This document shows positions 19,286-28,630 of a DNA stretch of 64,000 nt, in pieces (the first letter of the stretch is position 1; each line of letters opens with the position of its first letter). This DNA comes from Patescibacteria group bacterium (GTDB taxonomy: Bacteria > Patescibacteriota > Patescibacteriia > UBA10025 > JAHIVO01). The DNA is taken from NCBI GenBank assembly GCA_049325535.1, contig JBMOKY010000001.1, positions 93,002 to 157,001 on the forward strand, in the 5' to 3' direction. Under the pieces are notes generated by a model. It was not told the DNA's origin. It worked only from the letters and a program-made list of their open reading frames with translations, and ran no database searches. A program made the translations under genes and the position numbers.

Positions 19286-19455
19286 GGGTATAGTATACCT
19301 CCCGAACCACCCTCTTGCCAAAAAACCGGCTTTGGTGTACGGTATGCGGTACACATTACTAATCTAATTATTAACTCCCTTGGAAGGAGCAACTGGATAG
19401 GCGACTATCGCGGTATATTCTGCCATCTCCGGTTCGCTCCTCCACAAAATATTTT

Positions 19456-20652
19456 ATGACTGACGACACAGCGAAAAAATCAGCCATGCAGGAATTACTT
19501 GACAGCGGCGAGCAGCCACAACTCCCCGCGGTCAATGACGTAGTCAAGGCAACCGTGATCAATGCTTCGAGCAATGAAGTACAACTGGACATCGATGGGA
19601 TCACCACCGGCATCGTCCGGGGCAAAGAAATGATCGACGAATCCGGTACCTATGAACACCTCAAAGTCGGCGATCGGGTGGAAGCCACCGTTTTGGAATT
19701 GGAAAATGAGCGCGGCGAAATGGAACTTTCATTCCGCCAGGCCGGACATCAGAAAGCGTGGAATGAGCTGGACCGTCTGCTGAAAGAAGGCGAGGTTATT
19801 GGTGTACCGATTATCGAGGCGAATAAGGGCGGACTGATGGCCAAGGTCGGTAATATCGAAGGCTTTCTGCCGGTTTCCCAATTGACCGTGGAACACTATC
19901 CGCGCGTCGAAGGTGGTGATAAGAACAAGATTCTCGAACTGCTGTCCCAATTCATCGGCCAGGAACTGAAAGTTAAGGTGATCGACGTCAATGAAGTAGA
20001 CAATAAACTGATCGTCTCGGAAAAAGCCGCTTGGGAAGAAAAACAACAGGAAATTATTTCGCAGTACAAAGTAGGCGATGTGATCGAGGGACGTGTCACC
20101 GGCGTGGTTGATTTCGGCGCTTTTATTGAATTCGGCGAAAATCTCGAGGGATTGGTGCACATTTCCGAATTAGCCTGGCAGCGTATCGACGATCCGAAAG
20201 ATTATATTAAAGTGGGCGAAACCGTGAAGGCAAAGATCATCAGCATTGATCGGTCTCGCATCTCCCTGTCGATCAAGGCGCTCCAGGACGATCCGTGGAA
20301 ACATGTCACCAGTAAATATAAGGTGGGCGATATTGTCACCGGCGTGGTACTGAAAGCAAATCCGTTTGGCGCATTTGTGGAGCTGGACCGGGATATACAC
20401 GGACTGGCTCATATCTCAGAACTGTCAGATAAACGGATCAGCGATCCAGCAGAAGTGGTCACTGCCGGTCAGGAATATAAATTCAAAATTCTCTCCATCG
20501 AACCGGCTGACCATCGCCTGGGGCTATCACTCAAAGCGGCGCACAAACCCGCTGCCGAAACCCCGCCCGCCGAACCACCGGCGGCATCAGAGCCGGCCGC
20601 TGCTACTGACGCGCCGGCCGAAACCCCGCCCGCCGAACCACCGGCGGCATAA
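19456..20652 (+). CDS. rpsA: 30S ribosomal protein S1 (four S1 domains, Pro/Ala tail)
   Basis: Repeated S1 motifs (GFLPVSQL, FGAFIEF..LEGLVHISELAW, GLAHISELS). Confidence 0.93.
   Translation: MTDDTAKKSAMQELLDSGEQPQLPAVNDVVKATVINASSNEVQLDIDGITTGIVRGKEMIDESGTYEHLKVGDRVEATVLELENERGEMELSFRQAGHQKAWNELDRLLKEGEVIGVPIIEANKGGLMAKVGNIEGFLPVSQLTVEHYPRVEGGDKNKILELLSQFIGQELKVKVIDVNEVDNKLIVSEKAAWEEKQQEIISQYKVGDVIEGRVTGVVDFGAFIEFGENLEGLVHISELAWQRIDDPKDYIKVGETVKAKIISIDRSRISLSIKALQDDPWKHVTSKYKVGDIVTGVVLKANPFGAFVELDRDIHGLAHISELSDKRISDPAEVVTAGQEYKFKILSIEPADHRLGLSLKAAHKPAAETPPAEPPAASEPAAATDAPAETPPAEPPAA
20554..20650 (+). repeat. 34-bp perfect direct repeat in the S1 tail (AETPPAEPPAA x2)
   Basis: gccgaaaccccgcccgccgaaccaccggcggcat at 20554-20587 and 20617-20650. 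Confidence 0.9.
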
Positions 20653-20786
20653 TTCATCCGTCTCCACAAACGCACGTTTTGTCATCGGCCATAGGCAGTT
20701 GCGAAATGTGCGTTTTTTGGGTATACTATAAATCGCTTTTTGCGATTTGCAGGCGTAAGTATTATTTTTTATCCATACCAATTCTC

Positions 20787-22640
20787 ATGGGCAGAAATTT
20801 AATGAAGAATGTACTGATTTTCGTCGTCGTATTTATCGGCGTCATGCTGGTATTCAGCGTATTTAATGGTCAGACCCAGAAGCCGGAACCCCTGTCATTC
20901 AGCGGCGTGGTCGATAAAGTACAGGCCGGACAGGTCGAATCCATCACGGTGGAGGGGAATACTCTGACGGTCCAAACCAAAGATGGCGAGACATTTGAAT
21001 CCACCAAGGAATCGGACAGCGTGCCGGCACTCTTGGCTGACTATGGTGTGCCTGGGGAACGCATCCAGTCGGCAAATATTACTATCAAGGACAATAGTGG
21101 ATTTGGTTTTTGGTTGAGCGCGATACTGCCCTTCCTGCTGCCATTCGTCTTAATCGTCCTTTTTTTCTGGCTGATGATGCGCCAGGTGCAGGGGGCGAAT
21201 TCTCGGGCAATGTCATTTGGTCAGAGCGGCGCACGCGAACAAAAGGAACAGTCCCCCAAAAAGCGGGTGCTGTTTAAGGATGTGGCTGGTGTCAAAGAGG
21301 CGAAAGAAGAGCTCAAAGAGGTGATCGATTTTTTGAAAAACCCTTCGAAATTTTTGGCACTCGGCGCCACGATCCCCAAAGGCGTCCTTTTGATTGGCTC
21401 CCCCGGTACGGGTAAAACACTATTGGCTAAAGCGGTTGCCGGCGAGGCAAATGTCCCGTTTTTCCATATGTCCGGTTCTGAATTTGTGGAGATGTTTGTC
21501 GGCGTCGGTGCTTCGCGGGTTCGTGACTTATTCAAGAAAGCGAAGCGGGCCGCGCCGTGCATCGTTTTCGTCGATGAAATTGACGCCGTCGGCCGCCAGC
21601 GTGGGGCCGGGCTGGGCGGATCGCATGATGAACGGGAGCAGACGCTGAATCAGATTTTAGTGGAAATGGACGGATTTGATACTGATACGAATGTGATCGT
21701 GATGGCCGCTACCAATCGGCCGGATGTGCTCGATCCGGCATTGCTGCGCCCGGGCCGGTTTGACCGTCGGGTCGTGCTGGATGATCCGGATATCAATGAT
21801 CGCGAAGCCATCCTGAAAGTGCACGCGCGCAAAAAACCGTTTGACCAGTCAGTGAATCTGCGCGAGGTAGCCGAACGGACACCGGGCTTTTCCGGCGCTG
21901 ACTTGGCGAACGTACTGAACGAAGCGGCACTCCTGGCCGCCCGTCGTGATCAGAAATCGATCAGCCAGCGGGAATGCCTGGAGAGTATCGAAAAGGTGAT
22001 GCTCGGGCCTGAGCGGAAAAGTCGCGTCATCAGCGATGAGGAAAAGAAAACGATCGCCTATCATGAGGCGGGACACGCGCTGGTTGCCCATGTACTGCCG
22101 CACGCTGACCCGGTGCACAAAGTGTCCATCATATCCCGCGGCCGCGCCGGCGGCTATACGCTGAAAGTCCCCTCACAGGACAAACGCCTCCACTCGCGCA
22201 CTGAATTTATCGAGGAACTGGCCGTGATGCTGGGTGGCCGCGTGGCGGAGCAGGAGGTATTTTCTGAAATCACCACTGGTGCCAGCAGCGACCTGTCTCA
22301 GGCGACCCTCTTGGCTCGCCAGATCGTGACCCAGTACGGCATGAGCGAGAAGCTCGGACCGCGTACTTACGGAGAACGTGAAGAAATGGTATTCTTAGGA
22401 CGTGAGATTCATGAACGTCGCGATTACAGTGAAAAGACGGCGCAGCTCATCGATCAGGAGGTATTGCGGCTGGTGGAACAAGCGTACGCTACCTCCCAGA
22501 AAATCGTCCATAAGTTCCGTAAGCAGCTGAATCGGATTGCCGACGAACTGCTGAAGAAGGAGACACTGGAGCGTGCCGCATTTGCCAAATTGCTCGACGA
22601 CATCACCCCCGGCGCCGATAAAAAAACCGCCGTGGTATAG
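20787..22640 (+). CDS. ftsH: ATP-dependent zinc metalloprotease FtsH
   Basis: Two TM helices, [28 protein letters not shown]. Confidence 0.98.
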   Translation: MGRNLMKNVLIFVVVFIGVMLVFSVFNGQTQKPEPLSFSGVVDKVQAGQVESITVEGNTLTVQTKDGETFESTKESDSVPALLADYGVPGERIQSANITIKDNSGFGFWLSAILPFLLPFVLIVLFFWLMMRQVQGANSRAMSFGQSGAREQKEQSPKKRVLFKDVAGVKEAKEELKEVIDFLKNPSKFLALGATIPKGVLLIGSPGTGKTLLAKAVAGEANVPFFHMSGSEFVEMFVGVGASRVRDLFKKAKRAAPCIVFVDEIDAVGRQRGAGLGGSHDEREQTLNQILVEMDGFDTDTNVIVMAATNRPDVLDPALLRPGRFDRRVVLDDPDINDREAILKVHARKKPFDQSVNLREVAERTPGFSGADLANVLNEAALLAARRDQKSISQRECLESIEKVMLGPERKSRVISDEEKKTIAYHEAGHALVAHVLPHADPVHKVSIISRGRAGGYTLKVPSQDKRLHSRTEFIEELAVMLGGRVAEQEVFSEITTGASSDLSQATLLARQIVTQYGMSEKLGPRTYGEREEMVFLGREIHERRDYSEKTAQLIDQEVLRLVEQAYATSQKIVHKFRKQLNRIADELLKKETLERAAFAKLLDDITPGADKKTAVV

Positions 22641-22662
22641 CTAATCGTTAGGAGGAAACACT

Positions 22663-23673
22663 ATGACCCCCGCCAAAGCTACGTTCTCGTTCCGTGCCAT
22701 TTTTCAGCGCTCGTATCAGCTGACCAAAAAGAATAAGCTATTGTGGTTTTTCGGTTTCTTTGCCGCCTTCTTGGGCGTCGGCGGTGAGCTGGAATCGTTG
22801 TTTCAGAATTACAGCAGCGTCCGCGGCACGACCGAATCGATCCTCAGCCTGCAGAGTTTCTACCAGGATGGGATTTTCGGATCCATTTTTGGCAATCTGA
22901 AGGACTTCTTTGGCAGCTATCCGGCTCAGGGGTTTTTATTCCTGCTGCTTTTGTTTGTCGTGACTATCATTTTGCTCTGGCTGGCTATTATTTCTCAGGT
23001 GGCACTGTTTGACAGCGCCAAGAAACTCAGCGCTAACCGCGCCGTCAATTACAATGAGGCGTACCGCGTCGGCAATAAGTATTTCGGTTCAGTATTTCTG
23101 GTACAAGCGTTACTGCGGACAATCCAGTATGTACTCTTTGCCGTTGTCGGCAGCGTGCTGGTATCGTGGTTCCTGGACGGCAATAGCCTGACCGGCGGGA
23201 TTGCATTCGTCCTGTTTATTTTCCTGATATTGATTCCGGTTTCCATCGTCATTTCATTTTTGATCCGGTACGCCATCGCCTACATCGCCCTGAAAGACGT
23301 ACCGGCCATGGAGTCAATCAAGCGCGCCTGGCAACTCTTTCGCGGGAACTGGATCGTCAGTATCGAAATGGCGCTGCTGGTGCTGCTGCTCGGGCTGGTG
23401 GCCGGATTGATTATTGCCATCGCCATCGGTTTGGCGTCGGTACCGTTTATCCTCATCGCTATCGCTGCTACCTTTTTTGGTTCAGCCAATGGTTTTGCCA
23501 TCACTATCATCGTCGGCACCATCATGTGGTTTGTGGTTGCCGCGGTCATCGGCGCCATGTATGTGGCATTTCAGTATACCGCCTGGACCCTTTTCTTCAT
23601 GGAGCTGGATAAAAAACGGGCTGGCAGTACGGTGGTGCGGGTATTGCAGCGCTTGGGTATAGGCAATTCCTAA
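22663..23673 (+). CDS. Hypothetical multi-pass membrane protein
   Basis: ~6-7 hydrophobic segments; 'ESIKRAWQLFRGNW' pattern; AGGAGG SD. Confidence 0.8.
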   Translation: MTPAKATFSFRAIFQRSYQLTKKNKLLWFFGFFAAFLGVGGELESLFQNYSSVRGTTESILSLQSFYQDGIFGSIFGNLKDFFGSYPAQGFLFLLLLFVVTIILLWLAIISQVALFDSAKKLSANRAVNYNEAYRVGNKYFGSVFLVQALLRTIQYVLFAVVGSVLVSWFLDGNSLTGGIAFVLFIFLILIPVSIVISFLIRYAIAYIALKDVPAMESIKRAWQLFRGNWIVSIEMALLVLLLGLVAGLIIAIAIGLASVPFILIAIAATFFGSANGFAITIIVGTIMWFVVAAVIGAMYVAFQYTAWTLFFMELDKKRAGSTVVRVLQRLGIGNS

Positions 23674-23795
23674 TCCCTCATTCTTGCCATTCACCCGGAT
23701 GGGGTGTATAACGGTAAGACGGTTTTTCGTATTGACAAATGTATCCTGAGTATCAAAAGTAAGTACCCTGCCAAAAAATATATTTTTTTATCAGT

Positions 23796-23863
23796 GGGCG
23801 CATAGCTCAGCGGTTACCCGCCCGAACGGACCGTTCGGTACGGGCGGGGAGCACCACGATTAC
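23796..23863 (+). pseudogene. tRNA 5' remnant (Val-TAC-like) interrupted by a 32-bp palindrome
   Basis: GGGCGCATAGCTCAGCGGTTA|insert|GAGCACCACGATTAC; no T-arm or 3' acceptor strand follows. Confidence 0.65.
23817..23848. repeat. GC-rich palindromic insertion
   Basis: cccgcccg-aacggaccgttcggta-cgggcggg; 8-bp perfect terminal inverted repeat. Confidence 0.8.
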
Positions 23864-23906
23864 CTGACCCGTTGAAAAATCAATAGTAGCGAATAGCTTG
23901 GTGCTT

Positions 23907-23982
23907 GCTCGTATAGCTCAGCGGTTAGAGCACCACTCTTATAAAGTGGGGGTCGATGGTTCAAATCCATCTACGAGCACCA
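23907..23982 (+). tRNA. tRNA-Ile (anticodon UAU)
   Basis: Cloverleaf GCTCGTA...CCACT-CT-TAT-AA-AGTGG...GGTTCAAATCC...TACGAGC-ACCA. Confidence 0.93.
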
Positions 23983-24035
23983 AACTATTCGTTGAAGATA
24001 TGTAATTATTGATTTTTCTATTATATCAATCCGCT

Positions 24036-24785
24036 ATGCGCTGGGTATTAGCCATTTTCGGTGGTAGTATCTTGGTAGCCGCCGCTGGCTACGTCTTTTT
24101 CCTTGCCCAGCCGACCAGTCCGCCGCAACAGATACTTCAATTCAGGTCGGTCAATACTCCCATCGTCAATACAAACACTCCTGTCCCACCGACGACGGGT
24201 AATACCAATTCTACAACTGATACATACAGCATACCGGCGGTTGGAGACGTGAATACCGAGACGAATGCCGCCCCGGTTCCGACTGCCGCGCTGACGCAAC
24301 CGTTGTCCGATTCCCGCGCCCGGGTGACCAAAAAACCTTTTGGGATATATATCACCCCGGCCACTTCGCCGGTGCAGCCGGAGCAGTTCACCGGGTACCA
24401 CAGCGGCGTCGATTTCGAAATAGCGGACAGTGAGTCTGACGCCGAGGTGGTCGCTGCTGCAGTGTGCGACGGTACGGTGCGCGTCAAACGGCGGGTGTCG
24501 GGGTACGGCGGGGTTTTCATCCACAGCTGTGTGATCGACGGAGCTGAGGTTACTGTATTGTATGGTCATCTGCAGCTAGCCAGCATCGGTTTTGCGGTCG
24601 GTCAGACGATTCACGCCGGTGATCGCATCGGGCTACTGGGTGATGGGTATTCGGAGGATACTGATGGCGAGCGGAAGCATCTGCATCTGGGCATCCACCG
24701 GGGCACGTCGATCGAATATCGCGGATACGTAGGGAGCGAGTCGCAGCTTTCTGACTGGCTGGACGCGCTGGAATACCTGCCCTAA
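24036..24785 (+). CDS. M23 family metallopeptidase, membrane-anchored
   Basis: N-terminal TM; YHSGVDFE, YGHL, HLHLGI. Confidence 0.9.
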   Translation: MRWVLAIFGGSILVAAAGYVFFLAQPTSPPQQILQFRSVNTPIVNTNTPVPPTTGNTNSTTDTYSIPAVGDVNTETNAAPVPTAALTQPLSDSRARVTKKPFGIYITPATSPVQPEQFTGYHSGVDFEIADSESDAEVVAAAVCDGTVRVKRRVSGYGGVFIHSCVIDGAEVTVLYGHLQLASIGFAVGQTIHAGDRIGLLGDGYSEDTDGERKHLHLGIHRGTSIEYRGYVGSESQLSDWLDALEYLP

Positions 24786-24966
24786 ACGCAATCTACCGGC
24801 AGATGCCCGATCGGCTGTGGATTTGGTTATCCACCGATTTTGTACATCGGGATACTAACGAGACCCGTCCCGATACCCACGCATTGACAGACCGCATGCG
24901 CCTGTGGTAGGTTTGCGCATTAATCGCACATTAATTTTTTTCAACATATTTCCGTAGGAGGGAATC

Positions 24967-25716
24967 ATGAGTGCTCGTACCAAACTCTGGGGTGTGGCTG
25001 CAGCGAAGGGCAAACGCGTGTCTATGGAGGATGCTCACTTTTTTATCGAAACTCCGAATGGCTGGATCGCCGGACTCTTCGATGGCCACGGTGGCAGCGA
25101 AGGATCAGCCGAGGCTGCTCGTCTCTTTGCCGAAGAACTGGCGGCTATCCGGGAGTTTTCCCTGACTGATGAGTATCTGACGGACTTGTTCCGCCGGGTC
25201 GATCAGGCGCTGACCGGTAAAAACGGCGGCACGACCGCATTGGTGGTGATCCGCTCCGGAGATGATTGTACCTGCGCCGTGGCTGGTGACAGCCAGTGTC
25301 TCATGCTCGAGAAAGAGGGCGCCCTAGTCATCAATGAGCCTCATGATTTGACCAATGATGAGGAGCGCGCTCGAATCGTGCAGACCGGTGGTAGGATTAT
25401 CAATCGACATGGGATTGACCGTGTCGCTAACGACACCTTCACCGGCAGTCTGATGGTCACCCGTGCCTTGAACGATCCTGAGTATCAGAAGGCGGGCGTC
25501 ATACCTGATCCGGAAATCATCCATTTCACGAATGAGCTTCCCGCTCGTTTCCTCGGCCTCGTCTGTGACGGCATCTGGCAGAACGTCTCAGTAGAAACGA
25601 TGGGTGAAATCTGCAGAGGCAAACGGTCTCCCCAGATCGTGGCGGATCAGCTGGTACGGACTGCTCTCGCTGAAGGTAGCAATGACAATTGTACTGCATT
25701 GGTGGTTCGCCTCTAA
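24967..25716 (+). CDS. PP2C (PPM) family protein phosphatase
   Basis: GKRVSMEDAH, GLFDGHGG, GGTTA, AGDSQ, VTRALND, VCDGIW, GSNDNCT. Confidence 0.93.
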   Translation: MSARTKLWGVAAAKGKRVSMEDAHFFIETPNGWIAGLFDGHGGSEGSAEAARLFAEELAAIREFSLTDEYLTDLFRRVDQALTGKNGGTTALVVIRSGDDCTCAVAGDSQCLMLEKEGALVINEPHDLTNDEERARIVQTGGRIINRHGIDRVANDTFTGSLMVTRALNDPEYQKAGVIPDPEIIHFTNELPARFLGLVCDGIWQNVSVETMGEICRGKRSPQIVADQLVRTALAEGSNDNCTALVVRL

Positions 25717-25743
25717 CGCAGTTGCGTCATCACAAACCAATAC

Positions 25744-25770
25744 CCCGTCGGTAGTTTCTCTGCCGACGGG
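25744..25770 (+). repeat. 27-bp hairpin repeat, copy 1
   Basis: cccgtcggtag-tttct-ctgccgacggg followed by T-run. Confidence 0.85.
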
Positions 25771-25871
25771 TTTTCTTATGATTCCCTTATGGATGATCTG
25801 CCTCTATAAAAAGAAAATGACCACCAGCAGTTACGCTCGTGGTCATCTGAGTAGTTGATCGAGGAAAAGGA

Positions 25872-26450
25872 TCAGTACTGTGCGGGTTCGTCCTTAATGA
25901 ACGGAACCATGAAGTCACTTCTCACCTCATGGGGTTGGACTTTAGCGAGTCGACGCCCGTGGTTCTGGACATCCAGCACCGGGTAGTACCCAGTGATGCT
26001 CGAGTCATACGAGATGAGGGTGTGGCTCTTTTGCCAGTCCGGTAGGTACCATCCGATGGCAAGCAGTTCGCGCAGTGTGGCGGGATGTAACCCGTACTGC
26101 TTCATGTTCTCCACGATTTGGGAATTTTCTTGAGCGAATAGTTTTTCCGGAACCGTGAGGGCGCTCGCCTTCACCATCCAGATGTCGTAGAGCCCGCTCG
26201 AGTTTGAATCCGCCGGAAGCGTTATCTGCTCGAATGCCGGGTGGATATCCGCATAGTCGCTGTTCTCCAGGAAACTGCTCATAGGTGCCGCATAGGACAC
26301 GTGGACCGAACCGAAGAGATCATAGTTGAACGGTGAATCGGGGAAGGCTTCATTCAGCGTTTGGACCTGCTCCCCAGAAAATCCGACAATGTAGATCAGC
26401 CCGAGCGTCGGCAGCATGGCAACGCAGGCAAGGATAATAAGAGTCTTCAT
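25872..26450 (-). CDS. Hypothetical exported/membrane-anchored protein
   Basis: N-terminal hydrophobic segment; AGAGG SD; own TTGACA promoter. Confidence 0.7.
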   Translation of the reverse strand: MKTLIILACVAMLPTLGLIYIVGFSGEQVQTLNEAFPDSPFNYDLFGSVHVSYAAPMSSFLENSDYADIHPAFEQITLPADSNSSGLYDIWMVKASALTVPEKLFAQENSQIVENMKQYGLHPATLRELLAIGWYLPDWQKSHTLISYDSSITGYYPVLDVQNHGRRLAKVQPHEVRSDFMVPFIKDEPAQY

Positions 26451-26562
26451 GATGTTAATCCTCTACTATGGGTGTTTTTGTTTTGGAGTTTCAAATTATT
26501 TTTAACGCATGAGCATACATCAGAAATCTATTTTTGTCAAGATATGTCCTGCCACCAAAGCC

Positions 26563-26589
26563 CCCGCCGGTAGTATCTCTGCCGGCGGG
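26563..26589 (+). repeat. 27-bp hairpin repeat, copy 2
   Basis: cccgccggtag-tatct-ctgccggcggg between divergent promoters. Confidence 0.85.
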
Positions 26590-26723
26590 TTTATTGTTGA
26601 ACAGCCCGTAGATCTTGACAAAGACTCCATACCGTGATATCCTTTGCTGTTCTCAAAATAGAAAGAGCTAGGTTTAGAATAATCAAAAGTAGTTTGTTCT
26701 TCATGCAACATCAAGGAGTTCTC

Positions 26724-26996
26724 ATGCCTCCAATTACCGGACTGAACGTCCTCACCGCAATTGCAGACTTCGATGCAAGTCTGCTTGATCCGAACACCGC
26801 CCCCGTCGTCCTGGCTCATCGGAATTTCGATCCGATGGATGTCGTGGAGGCGTACAGCTGTTACCTGAATTACAGCTGGGCGGAGACGATTAAGGCCAAG
26901 ATTCAGGAAGGATTTGTGGCGGTGCACATCCAGACCGAATGGAACGGTCACAGTCACTCCACCATGATTTACCTGGTGAAATTCAAACAGAAGTAA
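26724..26996 (+). CDS. Hypothetical protein (90 aa)
   Basis: AAGGAG SD before ATG (MPPITG...); TTGACA upstream at ~26614. Confidence 0.65.
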   Translation: MPPITGLNVLTAIADFDASLLDPNTAPVVLAHRNFDPMDVVEAYSCYLNYSWAETIKAKIQEGFVAVHIQTEWNGHSHSTMIYLVKFKQK

Positions 26997-27074
26997 CCAG
27001 GTCAGATCAAACAACGCGTCGAGAGGTCACCCGGTTCGTCCAGTGATCTCTCTTTTTTTGAGAAAACCCAAACC

Positions 27075-27101
27075 CCCGTCGGTAGTATCTCTGCCGGCGG
27101 G
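27075..27101 (+). repeat. 27-bp hairpin repeat, copy 3
   Basis: cccgtcggtag-tatct-ctgccggcggg followed by T-run. Confidence 0.85.
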
Positions 27102-27148
27102 TTTTATTATTTAAAGTATTGTCGTGAGACTGACGCGGCCATCGCACG

Positions 27149-27373
27149 TTAAATACAATCAGCAACCGGGAGACAGATATTATGTATTCCGTCCCAACAT
27201 CCACACTGGTCCTGCGGCAGTTTTTTGGCCGCTTCGCGTTCCGCCGACGTTGGGGCTGGGGGAAACGTCAGTTCGTTCATATTATTGTTTTCCTGGTTCT
27301 TCCATAGCACAAACAGAACTGCTAACAGGATCACGATTATCGCTGCAATAATAAGGGTAATTTTTTTCTTCAT
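27149..27373 (-). CDS. Small membrane-anchored protein with C-terminal four-Cys motif
   Basis: MKKK + TM helix; ends CGCWDGIHNICLPVADCI; overlaps upstream stop. Confidence 0.7.
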   Translation of the reverse strand: MKKKITLIIAAIIVILLAVLFVLWKNQENNNMNELTFPPAPTSAEREAAKKLPQDQCGCWDGIHNICLPVADCI

Positions 27374-27633
27374 TGGCCGTTTATTTCATCATCTGACACA
27401 CCAAACGTGTATCCGCTATCTCTCAATATTTCTCGGAGCCGCTGCCTTTTGAGCTGGTCCATTTCGACGCCCCCTTCTATAAGCATAGTTTCTATTTTTT
27501 TCAACAATATTCCCATTGATTCGGCATCGCCCGCTTCTTGGATCGCGCGAAACTGCGCCTCTAGATTGAGGCCAAACTCTTCTTCCAGTTCTTCAACGAC
27601 TGACCGTGGTCTCGGTTCTCCCCCTCGTCCCAT
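27370..27633 (-). CDS. Hypothetical acidic helical protein
   Basis: 87-aa ORF translationally coupled to the downstream gene. Confidence 0.6.
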   Translation of the reverse strand: MGRGGEPRPRSVVEELEEEFGLNLEAQFRAIQEAGDAESMGILLKKIETMLIEGGVEMDQLKRQRLREILRDSGYTFGVSDDEINGQ

Positions 27634-27729
27634 AGGTTTTTATTAAGTGAGTAAATGCTTGCTATGAGTAAGTCTAGAGTAAATGATCACAAATATCAAA
27701 ATGGGTTTTGACCACACAGGCTACTCTGA

Positions 27730-28194
27730 TTATTTCTTCTCAATCAGCTGGGGCAACCGATCAATGAATGCTCGCTTCCAGAAGGGCAGTCCAAACGTTT
27801 TCACCAGCCAGGCGTAGGGTCGTCTCCATATGCGATTATGCACGGTCACATAATAGGTGTACTGCACCCGTGTGCCCTCGGGATCATCGACCAAGAGCAG
27901 CTCTTCTTCGCCGGTCGTATTGAACGTCGTATTGTGCGTCTGACAGCGATACCCGCGTCCCGGCAACAATTCCACCTGAATATTTATCTTCACATCAGGG
28001 AAGAACCGGGCGAATGACGCGGCCACCGATTGTACTTTCAGGCGTGTGCCGTTCTTTTCTATAATTTTGACTGACTTAGCAACCCGGGGAAAGTGTTCGG
28101 GCATCTTTTCCCAATCCGACACAATACTATACACATCTTCCCGTTTCGCGGGGATCAACCAATCTCCTTTGACTGCTATTTTTTCTGGTTGCAT
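27730..28194 (-). CDS. SRPBCC (START/polyketide cyclase-like) family protein
   Basis: IPAKREDVYSIVSDWEKMPEHFP...GTRVQYTY. Confidence 0.8.
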   Translation of the reverse strand: MQPEKIAVKGDWLIPAKREDVYSIVSDWEKMPEHFPRVAKSVKIIEKNGTRLKVQSVAASFARFFPDVKINIQVELLPGRGYRCQTHNTTFNTTGEEELLLVDDPEGTRVQYTYYVTVHNRIWRRPYAWLVKTFGLPFWKRAFIDRLPQLIEKK

Positions 28195-28325
28195 AGTTCG
28201 TAATTTTTTTTTGTAATTAAAAAATGATGCGCCATACCACCAACTTCATTCTACCCCTGGTGGGTATTTATGCAAGCAAAAACCCCGCTCTGATGAACGG
28301 GGCTTTGTCGATGATAGAGACGTGA

Positions 28326-28625
28326 TTACTGCTGTGGCGCTTCGGGTTTTTTCTTTAGGGCGTCCTTCAGGGTCTTGCCGGCGCGGAATTTCGGGATGGT
28401 GACCTGCGGGATCTGGATGCGTTCTGACGGGTTTTGGGGATTGACGCCACCGCGGGCACTGCGAACCTTGGCGATGAACGTGCCAAACCCCGTCAGGGTC
28501 ACTTCCTCACCCCGCTGCAGAGCCTCGATGGTGATCTGCTCAAACGCGTCGAGCATATCTTCGGCCTGCTTTTTTGATACGCCCACTTTTTGGGCGATGC
28601 GATTGATGAGTTCGGCTTTGTTCAT
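28326..28625 (-). CDS. hup: HU family DNA-binding protein
   Basis: MNKAELI...VTLTGFGTF...RSARGGVNPQ...PKFRAGKTLKDAL. Confidence 0.96.
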   Translation of the reverse strand: MNKAELINRIAQKVGVSKKQAEDMLDAFEQITIEALQRGEEVTLTGFGTFIAKVRSARGGVNPQNPSERIQIPQVTIPKFRAGKTLKDALKKKPEAPQQ

Positions 28626-28630
28626 AATTG

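Noticed and set aside
20554-20650. S1 tail repeat as a mobile-element target-site duplication
   Set aside because: In-frame duplication in a low-complexity Pro/Ala tail with nothing mobile between the copies
24815-24836. DnaA-box-like pair (tgtggattt / ttatccacc) as oriC
   Set aside because: Only two imperfect boxes, forming part of a hairpin; no AT-rich unwinding element
25716-27110. Integron attC array or CRISPR array
   Set aside because: Repeats lack paired RYYYAAC/GTTRRRY ends, spacings are 0.5-0.8 kb and contain genes, and no integrase or cas gene is in the window
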